Shown: positions 48,799 to 61,659 of the stretch, piece by piece | Layout: every line of letters starts with the position of its first letter | How positions within the stretch are numbered: the stretch's first letter is position 1 | NCBI GenBank assembly: GCA_016748015.1 | Contig: JAAOMT010000128.1 | Location: 69,538 to 133,537, forward strand | Direction of reading: 5' to 3' | DNA from: Geosiphon pyriformis uo1 | Taxonomy: Eukaryota; Fungi; Glomeromycota | Length of the DNA stretch: 64,000 nt | Translations under genes and position numbers: made by a program | The notes under the pieces: generated by a model | The model's input: the letters and a program-made list of their open reading frames with translations, nothing else | Database searches by the model: none | What the model was told of the DNA's origin: nothing

Positions 48799-51376
48799 AT
48801 GTTCACATGAGCTTTGGCAACACTCGGCTTGGACAACTTTTCTGTAGACAAAAAGATACTCAGATAATGATGTAACTCGCCCTTCTTAGGAATCGAAATT
48901 GGCTGACCACAAATACTCAATAAAGCAACCTTAATACCCTGATTTATGGGGATAGCCACCATCTTCTCACTGTTGATAAAAATATCATTGATCACAAAAA
49001 ATTCACTGGCAATGTTCAATGTATATTGAGTAGAGACCTGACAATTCCCAACCCAAATAGTATTATCAACAAATGCACTAGCTGAAAAATAAGAAGTCAA
49101 ACCACCACCACTCTCAATTCTGCCATTTTTCAAAACAAATTTAATATTAATTTAGTACTCACACAATTGTTTGTGCCTTTTGACTTTGCACAAAAGCAGA
49201 TCATAGAAGATTCTCCACAGAAGAGGTGAAAAGACCTCATTCTGATCCAGCCCATTATGCACCTTGTAACCACCAGACAAACCAAAATCAGTCATAACTC
49301 TGTTAATTCTATCTTCGTGAATACCACCAAAAAACTTAATAAATCTCTTACACATCTTAACACGCTGCAAGCTAGCCCTTAAATGATGCCACCCAACCAA
49401 ATCATAGGCCTTCCACATATCCTGCAAGACCAACCATACTTTTCTATTCTTCTCAATGGCATCCTCAACCACTGACCCAACAGCAAACACTAGAGATTGT
49501 GTGGATGTACCCTTCAACACCAAAAAATTGTCACTCTGAAGAATGTTGAATCTGCTACAAGCCACCAAGATACAATTAGATAGAACCTTTGAAAGAATCT
49601 TCCTGGCAGTTTCAATCAAAACAATGGGCTAAGTGTTCATAAGGACCCCATCCCAGTCATAAGGCTTAGGAATCATCAAAACCCATGCTCTTTTTCACAA
49701 AACAGATACCATATCAATAGATAAACACACATTGAATAAAGCTAACAAGCACTCCAAAACTACCTCACTGCCACATTTCCACAACTCATTTGGAATACCA
49801 GATAAACCAGCAGCCTTGCCATTAGACAGACCACCAATAACTGAAAGCAACTTGCCCATACTGACAGCACACATAATGCCAGAAAAGGCATTATTCCGAA
49901 CATAGTCCAATAGAGTATACTGATAAATCTAAAGATCAGGTAGCACTAAATGTACTAAGCATTTCTTTGTCCACCCTTCCATAATCTTGTCCACATTAGA
50001 CTTCACCTTCTTAGGCTCCAAAACCAATTTATTATTAACCACCAGTAATCCAACACCACTTTGTGAAATGGCCTTTCTAACACACTCCTGATTATATCAT
50101 CTTTGTTTAAACAAAAATTTTCCATGTGTTTCTCAATCGCAATTCTAATGAAAGCTTTTTTGGCCAGCCTTGACTCAAACATTTTTGATCTCCTGAAATC
50201 TCTGCAAACTGATAACAAATGCTTAAGAATGACATCAGATTTCATTCTTGACCCTAACAAGTCAACAAAAGCACGAGCCTTATCATTATCAAGAGTTGAC
50301 CACCTATGCACAAGGCGATCTATATCAGGCAAGTTACCAGAGCAAAATTTCTTAACAATCTTGGTCACCAACAATTCCAAACCAAAGAACTTAGAGGAAT
50401 GCCTGTTTTTTGCACAATTGAACTTGTTAAACCACTGTCTCTAAAACAATATATCAGCAAACTCCACCAAAATCTTCTCCAAAACTGCCCACATAGCATT
50501 CACATTGCCATGGTTTTTAGCACCAGAGAACACATTACTCAACAACAAGAGCTTAGATGAAGAGAGATCTTTAAACTTAGTCCATTTAGCACAGTCAGCA
50601 TCTTTGATTTTGAACTTCCAACAATCTCTATTAGTCTATCTGTACATGTTATTCAATTCAGCATCCAGAAGCCCATCTAAACCAACCGACACCACAACTG
50701 CTCTGTGATCAGTGTCAAAAAAGTCCAAAACAGAAACAATTTGATGACCAGCCATAGCAGAAGACAGATCACTACTAACAAAAATGTAATCAATTGTCTT
50801 CCCAACCCCTCTTGAGTTGCTCCATGTAGAAGCTCCAACCAAATTATGACTGAAAAATGAGTTAACCAAACCCAAATCCAAACAGAATTTGAAACTTGCA
50901 CTTCTATCAGATCCATTCTCATTAAAGTCCCCACCCAAAACAACAAAAAAGCTGGAATTGACAGCCTTTGCAATAAGAGAGTTAACCTCAGAAGACTGAT
51001 TAAACCTAACCCCAGAAGAAGCACCAGCATACAACTCCAGAAGAGTAACCAAAAGCCTGCCCTTAAACAAAAATCGAACAGAAATAACTTGACTAGGAAT
51101 CTCTTCAACTTTTGAAACATGATGATCCAAAGAATTGTTTATGATTACAGCAATGTCAGCTCTGAGATAACCAACATCCAAAATAGAAGTAAAAATTCGA
51201 ACTCCATCAAACTTATACTTAATTTATGGCCCAGAAGAGGCCCTTAACTTTGTTTCGGTAACAAAAGAAACCATATTTCCAGAACTCACATGCCAATGAA
51301 CAATGTATGCTTGCTTAGCAGAGACATTGATACCTCGAACATTATATTTAGCAAATTTCCAGACCAGACTGGTTAT
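48799..51376 (-). pseudogene. LINE F ORF2 5' part: APE endonuclease and reverse transcriptase
   Basis: NVRG, ETK, VVLGGDFN, IDYIFVS and TDH (APE motifs). KAAGLSGIPNE, QDMWKAYD, GLDQNEVFSP and FVDNT (RT motifs). Confidence 0.95.
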
Positions 51377-53319
51377 TGAGATGAAGATGGAAAAAGACAA
51401 CCCGGATCAGAGCACAAGAAATCCAATTTTGCCAGGACAGAACTAACTGAAGCTTCCAGAGCAGACATTTTAGATTCTAAACCACCCATTTTGGAGGTAA
51501 AAACTCTTGAACCACTTGAACTAAGAACAGCAGTAGACTCATCAGCACCAGAAAAGAGGGAAGCAGATACAGTCGGCTCATCTTTCAGAGCCATATCCAA
51601 ATTCACAACCAAAACTGCAGGCACAGAAACAACCAGAAGCACACTTCTAGAAAGAGATGCCAATGGCATCAATTTAACAAACCTGAGTTTTTTCAAAATA
51701 CCAGAAACCTGATCTGCTAAAATCTCTAAAGAGCATTCTAAAGTTGCCAAACGATTGCCCAATTGAGACATTACAAGAGGATCAGACATTAATGAAGGAG
51801 GAACCAAACCAGGATGCAAATCAGTGCCAAAAAAACCAGAGGAAGACACATGAAAGGTGGTACCACCAGCAACTTGAGCCCAAGTTTTACCAGTAAAAGA
51901 CACAAGACATGAAATAGGTGCTTGCTTTTTTTTATAAATGCCAGCCAATCAAACTCGATCTTGATCAGAAATTACCCATTTCTCATGAACACTAGAATTC
52001 CCACCCACAGGACAAATGGCAGTAACATGACCAAATTGTTCACACTTGGTACAATGGGCCAAACAAAGACCAGCCCAATGCAAATTCACACCCTTGAAAA
52101 CTGGAACTGAACCAATGGCAGCCAATTTGGCCACTTTACTCTCAAAACAGATTATAGCACACCAAATACGAGCATATAATGTGAAATTACGGCCAATAAC
52201 ACAAGTTTTCCCACCATAGGCCTCCACCAAGTCCGAAAGATCATGAGCAGTCATATTAACTAGAAGGGTATACAGCAAAGCATGATAATGGTCCCTTAAA
52301 ATCCAAAATTCTCTGTCATTTACCACCAAAGCCACATGCATGGAATTTTTTCCCATAAGAACAGACCACTTAGAAGCAACCAAACAGGCAACTTCAGCTA
52401 ATTCAAATTCAATCACAGCTTTTTGCCATAAACCAATCAGCTGCATTCTAATAGAAATGACCTTGCCAAATTTGGAAAACACAGTCTCTATTGCTGATTT
52501 GGGAAAATTAACTGGAATTTCCTTGATGATTATTTCCCAACCTGTATGGCTGTTTATTTTTTTGAGATCATTGTTGACAAGAATATTTTCACTGAGTGCT
52601 AATAACTTGGCTTTATTCAAACTAGATTCACTTGTAAAGATTGATCAAATGACTCCAGAAAATTTTGAGGGAGTTAAAGTATTCCCAAAACCATTAATTC
52701 TATAAAAAAAATTTTTCACATCAACCAACTTATCCACATTTGTTTTTCCAGGCACAGCAGACAAATCAATATTAAGTGCAAATAACTTTGTTGAATTAAA
52801 ACTACAAGTCTCCGAGACACATGATTTGAATGGTATATGCTGATTGGATCTAAAGTTCACACGAGGAGGAAGTTTGAGCATATCATCATCAATATTTGCA
52901 AGGTTGAAAGAAGATTGTTTTAGAGGACTGCTCAGCATGTACGTACAGGTACGTGTTTTCTTTGGTGTAATGTCATTCATATCATTGTCCTCACCCAATT
53001 CCACAAAGCTTGTTTCTTTGGCAACCATATTAGCCATGTTTTCAACATCCAAGAGATTGCTCACATTGTCTGAAACACTACCCACCTCACTACTCCAAGA
53101 CACCACAGACTCAACACCAGTACTACCAATATCTTTCAGGTCCAAAGAGCCAGCAGACGAGTCCAACACCATACTGGTGGCTAGCCTTTTCAGCTTTTTG
53201 TAGGATGCATCACGAGAGTAGACAGTATTCACACGTTTATTTTTGGCAGTCAAACGGGTCCCCAACCCTGCCAAATTAGAACCCAAACCACCAGCAAAAA
53301 AGTCCACCAGTTCCATCAT
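51373..53319 (-). pseudogene. LINE F ORF1 (RRM-like region plus CCHC zinc knuckle)
   Basis: Three consecutive in-frame ORF pieces. IIIKEIP...FSKFGKVISIRM is RRM-like and CTKCEQFGHVTAIC is the knuckle. Confidence 0.9.
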
Positions 53320-53789
53320 AACAAAGAGGGATGTATTGAGAGAAATAACTTAAGGTAAACAGGGGAAAAGAGGAAAAGGAAAAGCTATTCAATCAAATTC
53401 TATCTTTGCTCTCAGTTTTTTATATATATTATAAAACAAATTAATACAATTATACTTATAATATAATTAAAATAATTAATAAATATTACCAAATATATTT
53501 TAAAATAAATTATTAAGTATATATTAGAATTAAATACAAATAATTTAGATTTTTATAATTAATACTAAATACAAAAATAGTATATCAGTAATATTATTAA
53601 AAATAAAAATTTGTTTATAAATTAAAAAAGATAAAAAATTATTTAAATATAAAAAACAATAAACAGTTTAATATATTTATAAATAAATCTGTAAATTTTT
53701 TATTTATTTTATTATTTAATATTAAAAAAAAAATTTTAACAGATAATAAAATAATATTTGAAAATACTTATTATTTTATTAGAAACTTA

Positions 53790-56035
53790 TTATTAAAGAA
53801 CTTTTTATCTTCTTAATTTTATGATTACAACTAGAGCAAAAAGTAAAAAAGCTGTATTTAATATTTTTTCTGAAATATCTAATAAAATTTCAACCATAAA
53901 AGCTCTTTTTATTATAGAAACTACTAGACAAAACGTTTTAAAAGCTTTTTCTTTACTTATTAATCATAAAAAGCTGCTTTTGATAACTACTAAAACATTT
54001 TTTTTATCTTTGGCTGGTTTTTTACCAGTTAAAATTCCTTCAAAAAAACACATTTGAATTAATTCTAATGTTGTTTTTACTCTATCTAAGAGCCCAAAAG
54101 TTTTTAATAACAAACTAATTAATAAGTTGGTCTTTTTTTGTATAGCTTCTATATTTAGTGTTAGCAAAAATTTTAAAAAATAGAGACAGTTGTTTGTCTT
54201 TACTATTATTATAATAAACTCTTTTATAGTTCTTAATAAAATCTTAGATAAAATTTCTATTGTATTATCTAGCATATTATCTAAGATAAACTAAGATCAA
54301 TTACTGGCTGTATTGCCAAATATGGTGTTTTTTAGCAGATTATTGCTAATTTTAGAAGCAAAACAACTATTTTTTGTAAAGTCATTTGTTTTTAAGAACT
54401 AAACTAACCAAATAAAAACTGAATTATCTTCTTTACTGGTTTTTGGTACTGTTATTAATGGTGCTTAGGAAACTATTATTAGTCATTTAAGATTTGTTAA
54501 GTAAGTGATCTTTATTTTGGTGTTTAATACAACTTTTAATATTAAATTGGCTTATGTTAAGACTGTTTTTCAATCTGTACATGGTTTTTTGGATGCAAAA
54601 TTAGTATTAAAAGACAATATAAAGCTCTTTTGTATAAAGTTTGCTTTTTAAAAGTCTTTAGACTCTGCTTTTTTAGTTGAGCTTACAAACTTTATTTGTT
54701 TAGCCACTTTTAAAATTGTTAAGTTATTGGTAGTTTCTGAGTTTGGTTCTCTTTCTGTTATGGTTGTACTATATGATGTGCTTTTGGATATATCTGCTGC
54801 TAATATTAAAACAACTCTCAATATATTTGGTAAAGTTACTTATATTGTATTAAAGTCTGTTGGTATTTGGCAATACATAGTTATTTACTTTGATAAATTG
54901 AACTTTGCTGTGTTTGTTTTGAATCATTGATTAGTTCATATAGGCAAAAATAATATTAAAATTCTTTTTTTAATAAATTAAAATAAGACTATTCTGTCTT
55001 ATAATAGATTTAAGACCAAGTTAATTAATCTATTTTTTAACTATACTGCTTTTAAAATCAGTAATATGATTTTTTAAATTAGTAGTCAAACATGTTTTAT
55101 TTTTTGTTTTTCTGATTCTGGTTATTATTCTCAGTTTGCTTTGGTTATATTTAGATCTCAAATAAATTTGAATATTATTGTAGTTAAAACTAATACACTA
55201 AAAAAGTACTGTATCTAATAAAAAATTCCTGGCTGTTAATGCTGTTTTAGGTGTTAAAAAATAAACCATATGGCTGTAAATTGTAAGATGTCTTTATTTT
55301 TTCCTTTCAAGACTCCTAAGTTGTTTATGTTTTGTTTTGTAAGCTTTAAGTCTTATACCAAAGTTTTTGCTTCTTTGAGCTCTTATGAATTTTCACTTTT
55401 GACAATTTTTGCTTTTTTTTTGCTGTTATTGGTAATCTTTTGATGCTGTTTTAGTTGTCTTTTTTAGAATTTGATCTGATCAAACTTTCTGTATTGGTTG
55501 GATTAATTATTAAGTTTATTGGCTTCTTAGTTACTACTTTTAAACAGTTTATTAAAAGTAATTTGGTTTTAAGCAGTGTTTTTAGTCTTAAGGTTAATAA
55601 ATTTATAATTCATCTGGGTTTTTTTAACAAAATTTTTGGTAAGTTGAGAAGAAATATGGTTTTACTAAAAAAAAAGTGTTCTATAAATAATATTGACATG
55701 TCTGGTAATTCAAATTATTTAATTAGTATTAATAATAATATATTTTCTAGTTTAATGTTCTTTTGAACATATAAGTCTAATAATATTAAAATTGATTTTT
55801 TAAAAACAGTTAAATAACTGGTTAAATTAATTTCTTATAATATATAATTATTTAAAAAATGTTAGCTTTAAATAAGTTTATTTCTATTATAGCAATATAA
55901 CATAGTCTAAACTGATTCAAGTAGCTAGTTACATGTAAAAAATACATAAACTATACTTAATTTAGAATACTTAGTTTATTTTATAGTCTTAGATAATAGT
56001 TGAACCATACTTGTTAAATTCAATTAAAAAAAAAT
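53790..56035 (+). mobile_element. ORF1-only non-autonomous LINE derivative (half-LINE), decayed
   Basis: Stop-riddled ORF from ATG 53821 to ~55895 with an RRM-like part (VVLYDVLLDISAANIKTTLNIFGKV) and a CFRC-x3-H-x4-C knuckle (~55244-55283). It is followed directly by the LINE 3' UTR (55900-56025) and poly(A). No EN or RT. Confidence 0.82.
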
Positions 56036-56729
56036 TTATTAAACTTAGTAAATTTTGCTAATTAAAAACCAAATATGTTAAAATTTTTTTGATATAACTT
56101 TAATAAATAATTTTAATAATATTTTTTTGTATATTTTTAATTTTATTACAAGAAAAATTATTGTAAATAAATAGTCTATTAAATAAATTATTTTAATTAA
56201 TAACATATTTACAAATTTATTTATTTTTATTAATAATTACAATTATATAATTATTGTTAAAAATTTTGTTTTTAAAAATTGGTTTTTAAATTATTTTTTA
56301 TGTTTTAATTATTGTGAATTTTATTTATAATATAATATTTTAATACAAAATAAATATATAATTATTAAATTTTAAACTTAAGATTAAATATAAAAAAAAT
56401 TAATTATAAGTAATAAATTAATTTTAAGTATTATTCAAGATTTAATTATAATTAAAATCAAAAAAATTGTTTATAAAAAATTTATTAATATTGATTTTAT
56501 ATTTTTGTTATAATTAAATTTTATTGGTTTTTTTAAGTATATAAATATTTTTGTTATTATAAATATATAGTATTACTTTAAAACTAATTATATATAAAAA
56601 AAACATAAATCATATTTATTTTAATTAAAATATATTTATTAAATAAATAAATAAAAAATATTATAAAATATAAAAAAAATTGAAACTTTAATTTTTATAA
56701 TATTAATTTAATTTTTAAATTAAAATTAA

Positions 56730-58740
56730 AATTATTATTATTATTAAATAAAACTTTGTTGTTATTTAATATACAAAACAGATTAAGTATTTTTAATAAA
56801 CACAATTTGTATATTTTTTATACATAACTAGTTATTTGATTAATTAAGAAAATATTATATATTTATATTTACTAAAATTTTATTATTTAATTTCATAAAA
56901 AAAAAAACTTATATAAATTAAAACTAATAACAAAGATTTTTATTATATTAAACATATAAACAACTTTAACAAAAAATTTGGCTGGTAAGCTATAATATAA
57001 AATAATTATTATTAATTAATTTACTTTTTTTTATAGCTGTTTTAAATTTAAATTTATAAAATTAAATCTTATTTTAATAATTTATAACAAAATAATACAC
57101 AAATAAAATAAATTTTAAACCTGTTTTTTTGGTATTTTTAAATACTATACAAGCTTCAACATATCAATTTCTTAATATTAAACTCTTATATAATACAAAT
57201 ATTAATATTTTTTATATCTATAAAAACATAATTTAAAAGCTCAATTTTTATATAATATAAATAACAGACTTTAAAATAAAATTTATTATATAACCATTTT
57301 TTAATTACTATTAACAGTTTTTTGTAAACTGTTTTTATAAATAAATATACAAATTAATAATAAATTTATTTATAAAACTAATTTACATATATATATTAAA
57401 ATATTAAACAAAAAATATATAAGACTAATTTATAGTTTTAATTAAAACATTAGTAATTATATACAAACTAAACCTGGTTTTTTAATAAACACAACACATA
57501 ACATTAAAAATATTATAAATAAAATAGTAAATATTATCTAAAACAGTAAAATTATTTATTAAAAAATAATATTTACAAATATAAATAAAAAAATATTGTA
57601 AATAAGCAATATTATTAGTAATAATATTTAATTTAATTATTGTTTATAATACCAAATGATTTAATTTTAAATTATATAATTAAAAAATTCATATTATTAA
57701 TTAAATTAATAATATAATATATATTTTTTTAATAATAGTTTAAAAATTAAGTATATTTAAGCATAAATTAAGAACATATATATTTAAAACTATTTAATTA
57801 TTTAAATATACTCTAAAGTTAACATAATAATTTACAATTTAACAAATATTAAAAAAACCAAACTAGTAATTTTAACACTAATATTCAAATATAAATTTGA
57901 AAAAAATGCAGCTGTTTTATTAACAATATTTTATAAATCTTATTTTTTTAAAAAACTATTTATAAACATATTAAATATATTTATATTCAAACTTTTTTAA
58001 TTTAAAACCACACTATTTTTATTCAAAAGTTTGTTTTTAAAAACAATATTAAAATATTTTAGAAATCTAATTATTTTATAATAAAAAAATTATTCAATAT
58101 AATAAATATTATAATTTTACTAAAACAATAAAAAACATTAAACAAATTATTTATAAAAAAAATTTACAAACCAAAAAAATTTTAATAATACTAACCAAAA
58201 AATTATTAATAAGACTAATTTTAAGTTTAATAAAAAATAATAACAGATGTTTTAAAACCTATATAAAAATTTGCAAATACAAAAACTTATAATAAAACAA
58301 ATATTTAAGTATATTAATAATATTAAATAAAACTACAATTAAAGCCACTTTGTTTTTAATTTATATTTGTTTAAAAAATTTCAAATTATATAATAATAAA
58401 TAATATAAAATCTTATTTAAAATTTTTTTAAACAATTTAATCTTAAATTTCAAGCTTTTTTAATTTTTATTTATAATATATATTTTGTAAAACAAAACTA
58501 AATTATGTCTAATAACTAATAATAAGCTGTAAAATAATTAAAACCAAATAAAAAAACTGATTATTTAACATTATTTTCTTAAATATTATATTGAAAAAAA
58601 ATTATTATTTTAATTAAATTAGATTAAAATTAATAAAACAAATTCAATAATAATTAAAAATTAAGATTTTATTTATTAAAAACTGGTTTAAAAAAAATAA
58701 TAAATTAAAACTTTTTAAAAATAATTTTTAAAACTTTTAA
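56730..58740 (-). mobile_element. LINE copy G, 3' ~2 kb, almost fully AT-converted
   Basis: (ATT)n tail, a recognisable decayed 3' UTR (tttttatacataactagttatttgattaatt) and an RNase H remnant at ~57820-57970. Confidence 0.7.
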
Positions 58741-58744
58741 TAAT

Positions 58745-60101
58745 TATTTTTTATTTATTTATTAATTAACAAGTACAGCCCAACCACTATCTAAGTACAT
58801 AAAATCAAACAGAATCCTAAATTAAGCATGGCTCATGCTTTTTTTACACGTGACCAGCCACTCAGACCAGTCAAAGCAATATTATACACCTAAACTACTT
58901 ACTACAGAAAAGTCATACAGAAAACTAAAATGCATACTTGCCAATCCAGAATGCAAGCCAAAACACACATAAATACCTAATCTAATGCCAAAATTACAAA
59001 TCTCCCTACAAAACCACCAAGAAACCAATCCAGAAACAGCTGGTGCCACAAATCCATCCCTTGGCAAAAAACCATGCTTTTCATAATATGCTTTCAGCCT
59101 GGCATTTGGCACTCAGATAGTAGATCTGTGGTTTTCAGTGAAGACATAGACTATGTTAATTACTAATAACTCTCCATTAGACTCAGAACCCAACATACTC
59201 ATAGTGTTATTTACCCAATTTTTTACTACAAAACTCTTGGCTAAAGCCATATACAAGTAATTAGACAATTTAGCCATATGCAGAGATTGAACCACAGTGT
59301 ATCCAGCATAGCCAATGCCCAACATGGCAGCCCAAGCACTAATCATATTAAAGATCAACTCCTTCTTAGCATTAGAGTCCTTTTCACATAAAAATACATG
59401 ATTGGAATTATTAGTCAGACCACAGTGGATGCACAAAATGCTAGGATAACTTGACTTGTATAATCTCTTTCTTTTTGCAGTAGACAGCCAATGGTGTAGG
59501 GCCTTTATAAAATAAGACCTAAGCACCACAAAGGCAAAGCTAGAAAAGCCTGAGCAAATGCTACTATCTGGATGCCAAACTTTGAATGTTCAGTGCATAT
59601 CAAAATGCATATTGAGATTAAAATTCATAGCATATTCTGCACACTTAGATTCCCACCCAACAAAATTAACAGCATCAAAAAAACACCTTATAAAGCAATA
59701 AGCATTGCCAGAAACAGGCCTGTCTTTGACAGCAAAAAAGTGATGCATTATACCAACAGGCAGCACAAACTTTGAATTGATGGCAGCATCTACAAAAAAG
59801 TCTGCATGCTTATTATCAACAATTCCGGAGTGACTCTTGACCTTGATCCAAGCAACTAACAGATTCTTAGAAACAATAATGGAATGAATGTGTTCCTTCT
59901 CAATCCAGTACTTTTCACAAAAGTTGGAGTCAACAGAATGATCCAAAAAAGAACACATATCCAAAGAGGTTTGGCTATCTGTGTATAAGACCACAGAGCT
60001 CAAATCAAGAATGCAGTTCAAAGCAAAAGCAATGGCCTGCAGTTCTGTAAAAATTGAAGACAGCAGACCATAAATCCTAATACCTACATCTAGATTGATG
60101 C
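58745..60101 (-). mobile_element. LINE copy I, 3' part, interrupted in RNase H by Gypsy 3
   Basis: RNase H (ELQAIA, YTDSQ, WIKVKSHSGIVDNKHAD), CIHCG...HVFLC, the 3' UTR and a (TAAA)n-like tail. Confidence 0.9.
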
Positions 60102-60726
60102 TGTTACAGATGATTATTTGGGGTCTCAAATCAAATAACAAATTCATAACTTGGTGCTCAATATCTTGATAATGCTGGTAATACTGGTATGTGTGTAATA
60201 TCTGAAGGTTTTAGAGTTGAGTCCTTTGTATAATAGACAGAAATTCAATTGTTGTCTTTCCAGTAGCCTCCTAGAATTGCAATTCCATCAAATTTTTTTC
60301 TCAGCATTGTGGCTGGTAATTTGGCAGAGATGCCTTTCTGGTAAGCTATTCATTAAAATATATAAATCCTATACCCTTCCTTTGGAGTCTTTTACCAGAC
60401 CATCCTTGATGTTAATAACTCAGTGCTTAATTCTCAATCAATTAGTAAAACAAAGAAAAATAAAAGAAAATAAAAAAAATAAACAAAAGCAATTGCAAGT
60501 TAGTATCCTGTCAATAGCCATGATCAAGAGCTATTGTTCCAACATGGTTAAATATCAATTATTATCAACATGTAGTATTGATAGTAAAGAGTAAATTGAG
60601 ATAGCAAATAATTATTTATTGATATTTGTGAATTGAAAGGTTGCTTAGATGAAATCTAAACTGAGAGATCTGTCTTTTCTACTTCTAATGCTACCACTAT
60701 ATATACATAATTTGGGTTCTATAAGA

Positions 60727-60885
60727 TTGTTCACATTTTCGAGCAATGTGCTATAATTTCTCAAGCAATGCTCATATTGCTAAACAATGTGCCATATTTT
60801 CTTAACATTGCTTCACATTGCTCCATATTGCTGAGCAATGTGTCATAATTTCTGATATTGCTCCACATTGTTGAGCAATGTGCTC
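60727..60885. repeat. Array of palindromes CACATTGC-NNN-GCAATGTG and half-sites in U3 of Gypsy 3
   Basis: catattgctgagcaatgtg, cacattgttgagcaatgtg, catattgctaaacaatgtg, cacattttcgagcaatgtg. Confidence 0.85.
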
Positions 60886-60968
60886 ATGTGCTAACTACTA
60901 CTCTCTTATTGGTCTACTATTTTTTCTATATCTGTTTTCTTTTTATGAGTAATATTATCTCTTTCTTT

Positions 60969-61604
60969 TTAATATTGAGCTCTATTGAAATCTTTGTTTT
61001 GAATTAATTCTAATACTTCTTTTTTAAGTATTGTTTGTTTGACTCTGTTTTTCATGTTTTCTACTTGTGTATTGTTTATTCTTTCCTATTGGTTAATGGT
61101 TATGGTTTCCATATCAGAGTGTAACAGTATTTCTAGATAGTTCCAAAATATGTTGTGTAGTCAGTACATGGTTTTAACATATAATGTTGAATTTGTTTTC
61201 TTTCTAATAAATTCTTTAATTTGTTGTATTATGTCTTGGTTGAATATTCTCTTGAATTTGTCGATATACAACTCTTGAATATTCAACTTTTGACCTAACT
61301 GGTAGTAGTAATATGATATTGGAAGTCGTTTTGTCCATTGTTTCTAATTTTTTTTTGTAAGCTCTTCTGTTAGTGCCAAAATAGATATTTTTCCAAAAGT
61401 GTTCTTCACTTTTTCTATTAAGTTATCTGTCCAGTTTTTATTATTCTTTGGTGGCTGCTAATATAGTGTATTCTTTGTCTTTCTTTGAGTGTTTTGATAG
61501 CAAATTATTTGGTTGTTAATAACAATTTTCATGTTTAACTGTTGTTCACTTAAGGCCTAGAACAATTGTTAAGCTATAGTGTGAATATGATCTGGTATTT
61601 CCAT
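60969..61604 (-). pseudogene. Gypsy 3 ORF3 (212 codons, in-frame stops)
   Basis: MEIPDHIHTIA*QLF*AL...RLPISYYYYQLGQKL...QDIIQQI...KTMY*LHNIF...ETITIN...DFNRAQY*. Confidence 0.85.
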
Positions 61605-61659
61605 TTTTCTTGGTTGCTTTTGTCATGTGTATTGTGTCTTTATATACTCTTTTGGTTGT

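Larger units (their letters stand above)
26725..53420 (-). mobile_element. LINE copy F, full length, interrupted by Gypsy 1 (LINE parts 26725-28969 and 48799-53420)
   Basis: Removing 28970-48798 and one ATGT restores ORF2 as ...KAHVNICFFVNVVLRK. All domains are present. Confidence 0.95.
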
